Source of the DNA: a virus
Strand: one strand, 5' to 3'
IMG/VR virus record: IMGVR_UViG_3300033508_000321
Length of the DNA: 64,000 nucleotides
Part shown: positions 8,926-17,770 of the stretch, one piece after another
How positions within the stretch are numbered: the first letter of the stretch is position 1
Layout of the letters: each line of letters opens with the position of its first letter
The notes under the pieces: model-generated
The model's input: the letters and a program-made list of their open reading frames with translations, nothing else
Told to the model about the DNA's origin: nothing
Databases searched by the model: none
Position numbers and translations under genes: made by a program

Positions 8926-9633
8926 ATGGATATTCTATCTTTTTTCAAGTGGACTAACGAATTTTTGGCATTAATCGTTGCCATTGGTGGTAGTGGCGCT
9001 ACACTTTTTGGCCTTATATACAGTCACTTGAAACGTCAAAAAGCGGAGGAAAGCATCGCTGAGAAACTCAGTAGTATTGACTTACAACAAAATGAGAAAT
9101 TACAACAGATGGACGCAAGCGTACAAGAATTGGCTGTTATCGTTACCAACACGCAAGAGATTTTAAATATATTGCAAAAGGAAAAGCTAGATAAGGCTTT
9201 TTTGGATAACCTCAAAGTAAAAATTTCTGATTTGGGTGATACGATTATGAAGGTACATCACCTAGATAATGCTTTCGAAAGTCTGATAGTAGAAGCAACC
9301 GAAAAAGCGGGTAGTGTGTTCAAGGATATTTGGCGCACAGGTTACGTGAATTGGGATACTGAGGTACTAGCACGAAAAATTACATCTGCTATGCGTAGCC
9401 TACGTACTTATTACACTGGACACGTGGTTACACCGCCAGAGGTTATCGAAGAAATTCAACGTAGGGTTGCACAACCAGCCATAAAAAGGTTGCTTACCAG
9501 TTTGGAAATGTTCAAATCAGGTCAGTACAATGGTTCTACATCAAAAAAGTACGAGGAAGTAGTACTGAATTTTTGCCGGGAAATGATTGAAGGCGGTATA
9601 GAAATAAATCATTCTATTCAAAAGCGGACTTAA
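8926..9633 (+). CDS. Membrane-anchored helical protein, function unknown
   Basis: 235 aa. An N-terminal TM helix 'FLALIVAIGGSGATLFGLIY' is followed by a heptad-rich helical region. It has its own TAGCTTTG box at 8899-8906. Confidence 0.6.
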   Translation: MDILSFFKWTNEFLALIVAIGGSGATLFGLIYSHLKRQKAEESIAEKLSSIDLQQNEKLQQMDASVQELAVIVTNTQEILNILQKEKLDKAFLDNLKVKISDLGDTIMKVHHLDNAFESLIVEATEKAGSVFKDIWRTGYVNWDTEVLARKITSAMRSLRTYYTGHVVTPPEVIEEIQRRVAQPAIKRLLTSLEMFKSGQYNGSTSKKYEEVVLNFCREMIEGGIEINHSIQKRT

Positions 9634-10129
9634 GGTCAGTTAACACTTTTTGAGTGAGCGTATCTGGTAAGAATTTGCCGGATATTTTTATTTCCGTTTT
9701 TTCGATGCCGTTTGCTATGAATGTACCTACTTCGATTTTATCAAGATTCTTAGTGTATTGGATTACCTCGTCAAGTAGTTCATCATTTAAACAGCGTACC
9801 TCTGGCTGTAGCCAATCGTAATGATAGTGGTAAGCCTTCAAAACACCGTCAATAAACTTATAGGTTGATTTTACGATTTTAGGAATTTTCACATCCTTCG
9901 AATAAAAATAAAGTCTGGCGGTGGTAGGTGTGATGCTGTACATATCGGCAACCTCTTTCAAGTGATCCGGGTAGCGAAATGGTTTTTTATCTATGCTGTG
10001 CTGAATAGCTCGATCCCGCATTTCCATTTTTATTGCGTAGATAAGCATACTACGATCTGATACTAAACCGCATTCAATCCCATCCCGGATAGTTGGTACT
10101 GTATCGAAAACAAGCCTATGGTATTTCAT
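9614..10129 (-). CDS. Putative HTH DNA-binding regulator (only convincing minus-strand gene)
   Basis: 171 aa with an ATG start. HTH-like 'LKEVADMYSITPTTARLYF'. Convergent 20-nt overlap with 8926-9633. Divergent from 10233 across a 103-bp AT-rich gap that carries a 12-bp inverted repeat. Confidence 0.6.
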   Translation of the reverse strand: MKYHRLVFDTVPTIRDGIECGLVSDRSMLIYAIKMEMRDRAIQHSIDKKPFRYPDHLKEVADMYSITPTTARLYFYSKDVKIPKIVKSTYKFIDGVLKAYHYHYDWLQPEVRCLNDELLDEVIQYTKNLDKIEVGTFIANGIEKTEIKISGKFLPDTLTQKVLTDLKSAFE

Positions 10130-10157
10130 GAAAAATATTTTTTTGTAAAATTAAGTG

Positions 10158-10221
10158 AATTTTAACAAAAATGTATAAAAATTTTGTATCGGGCACGCTA
10201 AGAATTTACTTTGTTAAAATT
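10158..10221. repeat. 12-bp perfect inverted repeat AATTTTAACAAA / TTTGTTAAAATT in the divergent control region
   Basis: Arms at 10158-10169 and 10210-10221 with a 40-bp spacer. Each arm contains the TTAACAA half-site. Confidence 0.8.
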
Positions 10222-10232
10222 TTGTTATTGAT

Positions 10233-11417
10233 ATGATACAAAACGCAAAAAATGCTACTCTAAAGAACGGCGTGTACAGCATTAACATCTTTGGCGAAAT
10301 CAGAGATTCAAGTTGGTTAGCTGAGGTTATTGATATGTGTCAACGTGAAACTGACATAAGCACTATAGAGCTGCGCATTAATTCTACGGGTGGTTACGTG
10401 GTGGATGGTTTTTCCGTTGTTTCTGCTATGCTAAATTCAAGTAAGCCAATACGTACCGTGAATGAAGGTGTGGCCGCTTCTATTGCCGCTGTTATTTTCT
10501 TAGCCGGAAACGAACGTTGGATGCGTGATTATGCAAAAGTAATGATTCACGATCCCAGTATGTGGGGCGAAGAAATCGAAAAAATGCCCGATGGTAAAAA
10601 CAAAACCGGGTTAATAAATCTTCGTGAAATGATAGCGCAGTTTATCACGTCACAAAGTGGAATGAACCTACCTACCGTACGTAAGAAAATGAATGATGAA
10701 ACTTGGTTCACCGCACCTGAGTGCAAAGAACTGGGTATGGTAGAAAAGATACTCACTACCAAACGGAAAGTAGCACTGCCCGAAAATTCAATGGATGCTC
10801 TCTTAATGGCAACTAATATACTTAATTTTAACAATTTGAATATGATTCGTGAATTTTTTAACCTGCCAGAGGACGCTTCGGAAGAAATGATCCTCGATGC
10901 GGCTAAAAACTTGCAAAACGAAGCAGCAGAGGCAAAAGGCAAAGTTTCAGAAATGGAAAACAGCCTAAAAGACTTGAATGCTTCAATAGAGAGTTTGAAT
11001 GCCAATGTGACAAACAAAAATTCGGAAATCGAAAATTTGAAAGCCGAAAACGCTTCAAAACTCGAGGCAGTTACAAACGAACTTACCAGCGCAAAAAACG
11101 AACTGGAACAGTTGAACGGTGTTGTAGCTGAGCAAGAGGTAGAGGCCGCAATAAAAGCCGGAAAATTCACCGAAGCCGATAAAGAAACGCTGCTCGTATC
11201 TGCCAAAAACAACTTGGATACTTTCCGCAAAATCGCTGCCAGTGTACGCACTAACGTACCAAAGATTACTGACGTGATTAACAAACCTGCGGTTACTGAA
11301 TCCAAAAATGATTGGGGCTACAGCGAATGGTCTAAAAAAGACCCAGAGGGTTTGAAAAAACTGCAAGCAGAGAACCCTGCAAAATTCAAAAATTTACTTG
11401 ACAAATACCTAAACTAA
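10233..11417 (+). CDS. Prohead protease (ClpP / S14 family) fused to a coiled-coil scaffold domain
   Basis: 'INSTGGYVVDGFSV', 'GVAASIAAVIFLAG' (Ser) and 'KVMIHDPS' (His) are ClpP-type motifs. The C-terminal 190 aa are heptad-rich (E/K/N/L). Confidence 0.8.
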   Translation: MIQNAKNATLKNGVYSINIFGEIRDSSWLAEVIDMCQRETDISTIELRINSTGGYVVDGFSVVSAMLNSSKPIRTVNEGVAASIAAVIFLAGNERWMRDYAKVMIHDPSMWGEEIEKMPDGKNKTGLINLREMIAQFITSQSGMNLPTVRKKMNDETWFTAPECKELGMVEKILTTKRKVALPENSMDALLMATNILNFNNLNMIREFFNLPEDASEEMILDAAKNLQNEAAEAKGKVSEMENSLKDLNASIESLNANVTNKNSEIENLKAENASKLEAVTNELTSAKNELEQLNGVVAEQEVEAAIKAGKFTEADKETLLVSAKNNLDTFRKIAASVRTNVPKITDVINKPAVTESKNDWGYSEWSKKDPEGLKKLQAENPAKFKNLLDKYLN

Positions 11418-11424
11418 ACAAGCA

Positions 11425-11781
11425 ATGAGCGCAGATGCTAATTCTCATTTTGTAAGTTTTCCCTTCGGAGGTTTCGAAGAGGTAGACTTGACCGCTACGG
11501 GTGCACAAGCTATCGCCGTTGGTGGTAGTAACCTCTTAATAGATGGTGTATCGACCGTAGCTACTGGAAATAGAACCCTAAACCTGACCGTTGGTAGCAA
11601 CGTGACCGTGGGTACTGCTATTTTCCTGAAATCGAAAACCACTGGCACAGAAACTACCGTATTTGGCACAGGTTTCACAGCCCCTACTATTACCGGTGTA
11701 GCTGGTAAAACTTTCTCATGTATGTACGTTTACGATGGTGCGGCTTTCCGCCCTGTTGGGACAGCAGTTCAAAACGACTAA
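11425..11781 (+). CDS. Hypothetical head protein (decoration or auxiliary, by position)
   Basis: 118 aa, G/T/V-rich. Lies between the protease-scaffold and capsid genes. Confidence 0.45.
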   Translation: MSADANSHFVSFPFGGFEEVDLTATGAQAIAVGGSNLLIDGVSTVATGNRTLNLTVGSNVTVGTAIFLKSKTTGTETTVFGTGFTAPTITGVAGKTFSCMYVYDGAAFRPVGTAVQND

Positions 11782-11794
11782 TATTTAATCGAAT

Positions 11795-12712
11795 ATGGCA
11801 ACAGAAGTATTAAAAAGGTTGTTTAGCCGTGAAATCGCATCAAACCTTTTTCCCGACAACCAATTTTACAAGTATTCAAAGCTCGTTGGTGGTGTAAACC
11901 CTGACGTGGCCGTGGTAGAAATACCAAACGCAGGTGCAGTTCCTACTGTAGTAGTTAACCCTACCGTTTACCCTTTGCAGATTGTAGAGCGTAAAGACGA
12001 CCGCCAAACTTTCAACGTGGATTTGTTTGCAACAAAACCTACCCTTTTGACTGACGAAAATCAGTTGGTTGTAAGTTACGACAAACGTGCCGATGTGTTG
12101 AAAGACCATACAAGTACTTTGAATAGCGAAATCGCTTTTCGTATAGCTCACGCATGGGCAAGTGGTATACCCGCAGGTGGACTTTTCCCAACAACCGGTA
12201 CAACTACCCGTAGTGCTTCACTACCCTCAGCAACCGGTACACGTAAACGTGCAATCGCTGCCGACATACAAAAAATTCAGGAATACATGGACAAACAAGA
12301 CGTGCCAATGGATGGCCGTTACGCTGTTCTACCTGCTGAATTGTATGGTGACCTTGCATTGGTTGACGAGTTTATCTCGTACGACAGACGTGGTTTGGTT
12401 GACATGGTGAAAATGGGTCTGATTGGTGAGATTTACGGTTTCCGTATCTTCAAACGTAGCTCAGTGGTTCTTGCAAACGCTTCTAGTGGTGCATTGAAAG
12501 CCATAGGTGCTGCTGCCGCAACTACCGATTCATACGCTGGTCTTTTCTGGCATGAATCTTTTGCTTGGAGAGCAGAAGGAAACGCAAAAATCTACATTAA
12601 CCCTGATCAAGCCGAGTACCTTGGTACTGTTATGAACGCCGCAGTTCGTGCCGGTGGTGCTACTTCTTACCTTGACGGTAAAGGTGTTGCAATGCTTTAT
12701 CAAGCAAGCTAA
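11795..12712 (+). CDS. Major capsid protein (Mu gpT-like size and position)
   Basis: 305 aa, immediately after the protease-scaffold in a Mu-like head module. No search was run, so the call rests on position, size and composition. Confidence 0.65.
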   Translation: MATEVLKRLFSREIASNLFPDNQFYKYSKLVGGVNPDVAVVEIPNAGAVPTVVVNPTVYPLQIVERKDDRQTFNVDLFATKPTLLTDENQLVVSYDKRADVLKDHTSTLNSEIAFRIAHAWASGIPAGGLFPTTGTTTRSASLPSATGTRKRAIAADIQKIQEYMDKQDVPMDGRYAVLPAELYGDLALVDEFISYDRRGLVDMVKMGLIGEIYGFRIFKRSSVVLANASSGALKAIGAAAATTDSYAGLFWHESFAWRAEGNAKIYINPDQAEYLGTVMNAAVRAGGATSYLDGKGVAMLYQAS

Positions 12713-12930
12713 TGACCGAATTAACAAAACTATCCGGGGCGTATTTTGAAAAAGATACGTCTCTGGAGGTTATGTTTGCAACCTCTGATGGAAATTTCTT
12801 TTACCAAGAAACATATGCTACTGAGCATTCGAGGAAAAAAGGGATTGAAAAAATCAAAATAACCCGGGAAGACTGGGAAAAAAGTAAAAACATACCCAAA
12901 ATAAACAAAAATGGCATTAACAATAAATAA
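12712..12930 (+). CDS. Hypothetical protein
   Basis: 72 aa. TAATG overlap with the capsid gene stop. Confidence 0.45.
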   Translation: MTELTKLSGAYFEKDTSLEVMFATSDGNFFYQETYATEHSRKKGIEKIKITREDWEKSKNIPKINKNGINNK

Positions 12931-14524
12931 GAGTGCTAACGGTTTGGGAAGGCTACTGCCCGGTACTTCTCATGTATCGGGTTTGCTTTTTTACAGCAAT
13001 ACCTTACCGTCAGGCTTTTCATCTGGTAGCCGTATCAAAAAACTGTATTCATTACAGGATGCGGTGAATCTGGGTATAACTGGCAATAGCTCCGATGAAA
13101 CGAAAGCCGCAACCGGTGGAACAGTCTTGATGACTGCCGTAGGTTCAAGTGGTGACGTTTCTAGTATCACTGTTAACGGTGGTGTATTGGGTTCGTATAC
13201 GCATGGTGCTAGTGAAACTACCACTACCCTAGCTACCGCCCTTGCCGCCGCAATTAACACCAACACGTTTAAACATGGGTGGACTGCTTCATCTGCAACC
13301 GCTACCGTGACCGTTGTACCGCCTACCGGCTTAGGTGCTTTCTCTCTTACTTTGGCTCTGGCTACAAGTGGTACAGCAGCAGCTACCGTTACTCAATTAA
13401 GTGGTGGTGCGAGTTCAAAACTTGATCCGTTGTATTATCACATTTCCGAATTTTTCCGCTTAAATTCTCAGGGTATTCTTTACGTTGGTATTTATGCTGA
13501 GGGTTCGTACACTGGTGCTGAAATAAAAACGCTGCAAGATTACTCAGGTGGTGAGATAAACCAAATAGCTGTATACGTACCCGCCGTTACTTTTGCTTCG
13601 AGCCTTGTAACTGCTTCACAAACTTACGTAGATACCGTATACAACGAAGGTAAACCTTTGATGGTTACTTTAGCCGCCGATTTTACCTCACTTGCTATAG
13701 CTACATTGCCGAACATTACTACTTTGGACAGTGAAGGTGTACACGTGAATATTGGTGTAGATGGTTACTGGACTAGCCCCGTTTGGGCAGCAGCCGAAAC
13801 ATACGTTACCGGAACTCTGGTTAACTTCTGCGGTAAGATTTACAGCGCAAAGAGTAACGCAACCGGTGCTCCACAAAGCCCGTTGAATACTCAGTATTGG
13901 GCTGAAATCAGCAAAAACTATCAGGCTATCTTTGGAAAATCCGTACCCGCTCTAGGTACTGTACTCGGTGCAATGTCATTGGCGAAAGTTAGTGAAAATA
14001 TCGGATGGGTACAGAAATTTGACCTCTCAGGTACAAACGTATTTCAAAGTGGCGGTCTGGTATTTGGTACTGCTTATCGTGATTTAACAGAAAATCAGAA
14101 AACCGATATTACCAATAAGCACTATACGTTTATTGAAACTCACTACGGTATTTCGGGTAGTTATTTCACCGATTCGTGGACTGCTACACTTCGTACTAGC
14201 GATTATGCAACGATTGAAAACAATCGTACAATTAACAGTCTGATACGTAGTGTACGCCCAGAGGTTTTGCCCTTGCTCAAATCACCTTTGTTTGTTACAA
14301 GTGCGGGTAAACTTACCAATGGCACAGTGGCAATCTTCGAAAATTCCGTGAAACGTGGTGCAGATGTGCTCACAACTTCGCAGGATATAAGTGCTTACAG
14401 TGTACTCATTAACCCGGATCAAGATGTGTTAACTACTTCGCAAGTTGTGGTGACGCTTCGTGTTGTACCGGTTGGTGTTGCACGTGAGATAGTTGTTAAC
14501 ATTGGATTTACAACCGCATTATGA
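12911..14524 (+). CDS. Tail sheath protein (by position)
   Basis: 537 aa, followed by a tube-sized gene, a frameshifting chaperone pair, the tape measure and spike/wedge genes. This is the canonical contractile-tail order. Confidence 0.55.
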   Translation: MALTINKSANGLGRLLPGTSHVSGLLFYSNTLPSGFSSGSRIKKLYSLQDAVNLGITGNSSDETKAATGGTVLMTAVGSSGDVSSITVNGGVLGSYTHGASETTTTLATALAAAINTNTFKHGWTASSATATVTVVPPTGLGAFSLTLALATSGTAAATVTQLSGGASSKLDPLYYHISEFFRLNSQGILYVGIYAEGSYTGAEIKTLQDYSGGEINQIAVYVPAVTFASSLVTASQTYVDTVYNEGKPLMVTLAADFTSLAIATLPNITTLDSEGVHVNIGVDGYWTSPVWAAAETYVTGTLVNFCGKIYSAKSNATGAPQSPLNTQYWAEISKNYQAIFGKSVPALGTVLGAMSLAKVSENIGWVQKFDLSGTNVFQSGGLVFGTAYRDLTENQKTDITNKHYTFIETHYGISGSYFTDSWTATLRTSDYATIENNRTINSLIRSVRPEVLPLLKSPLFVTSAGKLTNGTVAIFENSVKRGADVLTTSQDISAYSVLINPDQDVLTTSQVVVTLRVVPVGVAREIVVNIGFTTAL

Positions 14525-14958
14525 ATACAGTACCCTTAATTAATGGCCGTGCGTACGACTATGCATCCATTGAGTTGATTTTAGCAGGTTCGCCGCTAGT
14601 TTCCGTTTCTTCTATCTCATACGTAGAATCACAGGAAAAAATGAATAACTACGGTTTGGGTACATTACCAACAAGCCGTGGCCGTGGTACGAAAGAAGTG
14701 AGCGTATCTATGGACATTTCAATGAATGAGGTTGAAAACCTACGTACTGCCGTGTTTGCTTTGGATTCACTCAGCAAAGGTTCTTTGCTTTCTTTACCCG
14801 CTTTCGATATTTTGGTTTCGTTCTTCAATGGTCAAAGTGTAGTGGTTCACACAGTGAAAAATTGTGAATTTACTGACGATGGTGTTGAAGGTTCAACCGG
14901 TGATGGTGAGCTGAAACGTTCTTTCAATTTGATTGCTTCACACGTGGAATACCGATGA
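14521..14958 (+). CDS. Tail tube protein (by position)
   Basis: 145 aa. ATGA overlap with the sheath gene. Directly upstream of the chaperone and tape measure genes. Confidence 0.55.
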   Translation: MNTVPLINGRAYDYASIELILAGSPLVSVSSISYVESQEKMNNYGLGTLPTSRGRGTKEVSVSMDISMNEVENLRTAVFALDSLSKGSLLSLPAFDILVSFFNGQSVVVHTVKNCEFTDDGVEGSTGDGELKRSFNLIASHVEYR

Positions 14959-15263
14959 AAAAAACAAAAGTAATTCGCAAAGAGGCTTTGCCGGTACAAG
15001 CGTTTGAAATCGTGGTGAGCGGTGTAGCATACGAATATGTTATACAGCAACCTACCTTTGAACAGCTATCACTAGCTACCTCGCAGATGATAAAATCAGG
15101 TGGTACTATGGATGTAGTTTCGCCCGGAAAAATCATTTTCGATACGTGTTGTGTAGAGCATACCGAAGGTATGGAATTAGAACCCTCAGTACTCATAAAA
15201 ATCTGTATAGGTTTAACGACCGAATATGTACAGGGTTTTGATTACGAGATTAAAAAAAAATAG
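14955..15263 (+). CDS. Tail assembly chaperone (G-like, short product)
   Basis: 102 aa. It ends '...EIKKK*' on the A9 run at 15252-15260, just upstream of the tape measure gene. Confidence 0.7.
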   Translation: MKKTKVIRKEALPVQAFEIVVSGVAYEYVIQQPTFEQLSLATSQMIKSGGTMDVVSPGKIIFDTCCVEHTEGMELEPSVLIKICIGLTTEYVQGFDYEIKKK

Positions 15264-15430
15264 ATGTTGAAACGCTGCCGGAGGCTGTTAGTTTCCGGCA
15301 CGTTTTCGCTCTTATCCGCTTTTACTATCACGTTAATCCCGAAGATTTGGACATGGAAACATACGTAAAATTACTTTCAGAATTGACTTGGTTAAGCAAA
15401 GTGGGTGTTCTTGGTGTAAAACTTTCATAA
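14955..15430 (+). CDS. Tail assembly chaperone, -1 frameshift product (GT-like)
   Basis: A -1 slip on the A9 run gives '...KKKIDVETLPEAVSFRHVFALIRFYYHVNPEDLDMETYVKLLSELTWLSKVGVLGVKLS*', ending at TAA 15428-15430 (I translated this by hand). Confidence 0.6.
15252..15260 (+). promoter_or_regulatory. A9 slippery run for the chaperone -1 programmed frameshift
   Basis: 'ATTAAAAAAAAATAG'. The -1 frame stays open for 56 further codons. Confidence 0.6.
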
Positions 15431-15456
15431 TGTTACTCTTACCAGTAACATTTTTA
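15431..15456 (+). terminator. Weak hairpin plus T-run between the chaperone and tape measure genes
   Basis: TGTTACT-cttacc-AGTAACA followed by TTTTTAATTT. The stem is AT-rich, so this could be an attenuator or nothing. Confidence 0.25.
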
Positions 15457-15466
15457 ATTTAAAGCT

Positions 15467-17170
15467 ATGGCCAATATAGTAGAATACATCATAAAATTAA
15501 ATGACCGCTTCGCACCGGTGCTCGATAAAACGCATTCGAAGTTAAAAACCTTTGAGAGCAGTTTATTTTCGGTAAATAGCACAGTACTTTCGCTCGGTGC
15601 TGCTATTGCCGGTATTGGTGTAGGTAGTAAAATCATTTCTGCTACATCCGATTTCGAGCGTTTTAACGCCGTTTTAACGAACGCATTTGGTGACGCTACA
15701 AAAGCAGCATCCAGTATGCAAATGATAACGGACATAGCAAGTAAAACGCCTTTCGAGATAGATAAATTAACCGAGAGCTACGTAAAACTTGTTAACCGTG
15801 GTTTTGTACCCACACGTGAGGAAATTATAAACCTAGGTGACTTAGCTAGTTCGCAAGGCAAAGAATTTGACCAGTTAACCGAGGCACTTTTGGACGCAGA
15901 AACAATGGAATTTGAGCGCCTAAAAGAATTTGGGATAAAAGCATCGAAAGAGGGTAATAAAGTAAAAATGACTTTCAGAGGTGTAACCACTACAATGGAT
16001 GCGACTGGTGAAAGTGTGCGTAACTATGTACTAGGTTTAGGGCAAGTAAAAGGAATTTCCGGATCGATGGCTGCTATCTCTGGTACGTTGGGTGGTAGGC
16101 TTAGCAATTTACAAGATTCATTAACACAATTGGCATTAAAAGTAGGTCTGGCACTCTCGAAAGAACTAAAAGGGTTTATTGACTGGTCAATAGAATTGAT
16201 CTCTAAGTACACACCGGCTATAGTTGCGGGTGTTGGTGCTATGATTGCAAAGTTCAAAGTTTTCGTAGGGTGGATTCAAGAAAATAAAGATATGCTGATG
16301 GGATTAATCACCGGTTTTGCCGCTTTTATTGCCATATATAAGACTCTAGGCATGGTTAGTCAGTCTATCACGTTGTTTCAATCTATAATGGCGTTTGCTG
16401 CCGCAAATCCTATTGTATTGATAGTAGCAGCCGTTGCCGGATTAATTGCATACATGGTACATCTGTACAAAACAAGTGAATCATTTCGTAAAGTTGTGGA
16501 TGACCTTTGGTCTTCAATAAAAGGGTTAGCTACTCAATTAAGCAAAGCATTTGCCCCTGCATTGTCTAAAATATGGGATATGTTCAAAAAACTTTGGGCA
16601 ATTTTAAAGCCTATTGTAGACAGAGCACTTACCGGGTTGCTTGGATACATTAACATGATAATAACGGCATTCGGTAAATTGGTTTCTTTTTTTACCGAAA
16701 CAAAAATAGGTACATTCATAGTTGACGTGCTGCTAGCACCATTAAAGCTAAGTATTATGTACGTAGAAAAGCTATTTTCGCTCGTAGAGTGGGGCATGGA
16801 AAAACTCGGTTTGATGCAAAAAGAACAAGCAAGTGGTATAACTACTGATGAGGACATGAATTTGATCGATCCGAACAGAAAGTACCGTATGGCAGGCCTA
16901 CATAATGGTGGAAATACTCTTGCAGGAAATTTAAACGCTGCAACCAATACAACAGCAAATGGTGGTGTGAATGCTATAACGAAAAATGCAAGTGGTGTGA
17001 GTGAAATTACCAATGCAGCACCAAAAGTGTTTAACGTGAACATAGAAAAGCTAATTGAGAATTTCGATATCAATACCACTAACATAAAAGAAAGCGGCGC
17101 ACAGCTAAAGGAAATGATTAAAAAAACGATTTTAGAGGCGGTAACAGATGTTTCACTTCAAATGAATTAA
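15467..17170 (+). CDS. Tail tape measure protein (TP901-type core)
   Basis: 567 aa. 'SDFERFNAVLTNAFGDATKAASSMQMITDIASKTPFEIDKLTESYVKLVNRGF' fits the TP901-family tape measure core. Central hydrophobic segments are present. Confidence 0.8.
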   Translation: MANIVEYIIKLNDRFAPVLDKTHSKLKTFESSLFSVNSTVLSLGAAIAGIGVGSKIISATSDFERFNAVLTNAFGDATKAASSMQMITDIASKTPFEIDKLTESYVKLVNRGFVPTREEIINLGDLASSQGKEFDQLTEALLDAETMEFERLKEFGIKASKEGNKVKMTFRGVTTTMDATGESVRNYVLGLGQVKGISGSMAAISGTLGGRLSNLQDSLTQLALKVGLALSKELKGFIDWSIELISKYTPAIVAGVGAMIAKFKVFVGWIQENKDMLMGLITGFAAFIAIYKTLGMVSQSITLFQSIMAFAAANPIVLIVAAVAGLIAYMVHLYKTSESFRKVVDDLWSSIKGLATQLSKAFAPALSKIWDMFKKLWAILKPIVDRALTGLLGYINMIITAFGKLVSFFTETKIGTFIVDVLLAPLKLSIMYVEKLFSLVEWGMEKLGLMQKEQASGITTDEDMNLIDPNRKYRMAGLHNGGNTLAGNLNAATNTTANGGVNAITKNASGVSEITNAAPKVFNVNIEKLIENFDINTTNIKESGAQLKEMIKKTILEAVTDVSLQMN

Positions 17171-17176
17171 CAAAGT

Positions 17177-17770
17177 ATGGCAGTATTCAAGCAACTAACC
17201 GCAAACGCAGTAGAACTCAGCATACGTGCTAAAGGAATTATCACATCATTAGTACAGCCTTTGCTTTTCAACGTACAGGCTTTGCAACGTGATACACCAG
17301 ATCGTTTTTCCGATTTTTTTGGTACACCGGTGCTCGGTTCTATGCTTTTCCCACAGGGTGCGTATGTTGATTTGACGGGAAATACCATAGCGTACCCGGA
17401 CTTGAATTTCAACGAGGCAATAGTAGAAGTAAGTAAAACGAATAACATAGAAAGCACCCCACTACCGGGTAGAGATGGTACGATAAAAGAGTACATTTCT
17501 GCATCCGATTACCAAATAACCGTAAATGCTTTGCTAGTTGGTGAGGGTGAGCAGTCACCGTATGATTTGGTTACCACTTGTAACTCCGTTTTTTCCGCTA
17601 CTCAGGCTATTGAAGTGTATAACGATTTACTCATAGCTTTGGATGTTACGACCGTGGTTATTCAATCGGTTACGTACCGCCAAAATCAGGCATTTTCAAA
17701 CGTTTTGGGTGTTACTATCACAATGACCTCGGATAAAAACGTTAACTTAGAAGAAAATGCTACGACCTAG
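17177..17770 (+). CDS. Hypothetical tail or baseplate protein
   Basis: 197 aa, directly after the tape measure gene. Confidence 0.5.
   Translation: MAVFKQLTANAVELSIRAKGIITSLVQPLLFNVQALQRDTPDRFSDFFGTPVLGSMLFPQGAYVDLTGNTIAYPDLNFNEAIVEVSKTNNIESTPLPGRDGTIKEYISASDYQITVNALLVGEGEQSPYDLVTTCNSVFSATQAIEVYNDLLIALDVTTVVIQSVTYRQNQAFSNVLGVTITMTSDKNVNLEENATT

Noticed and set aside
10547-11305. 252-aa minus-strand ORF (and 11055-11366) antisense to the protease-scaffold gene
   Set aside because: It lies entirely inside a + strand gene with strong ClpP motifs. The product is low-complexity (S/F/A-rich), mirroring the coiled-coil codon periodicity. There is no promoter context.
16534-17085. 183-aa minus-strand ORF inside the tape measure gene (also 15454-15735, 15778-15990 and 16024-16257)
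   Set aside because: These are shadow ORFs of a confidently identified + strand gene, and their composition is not protein-like.
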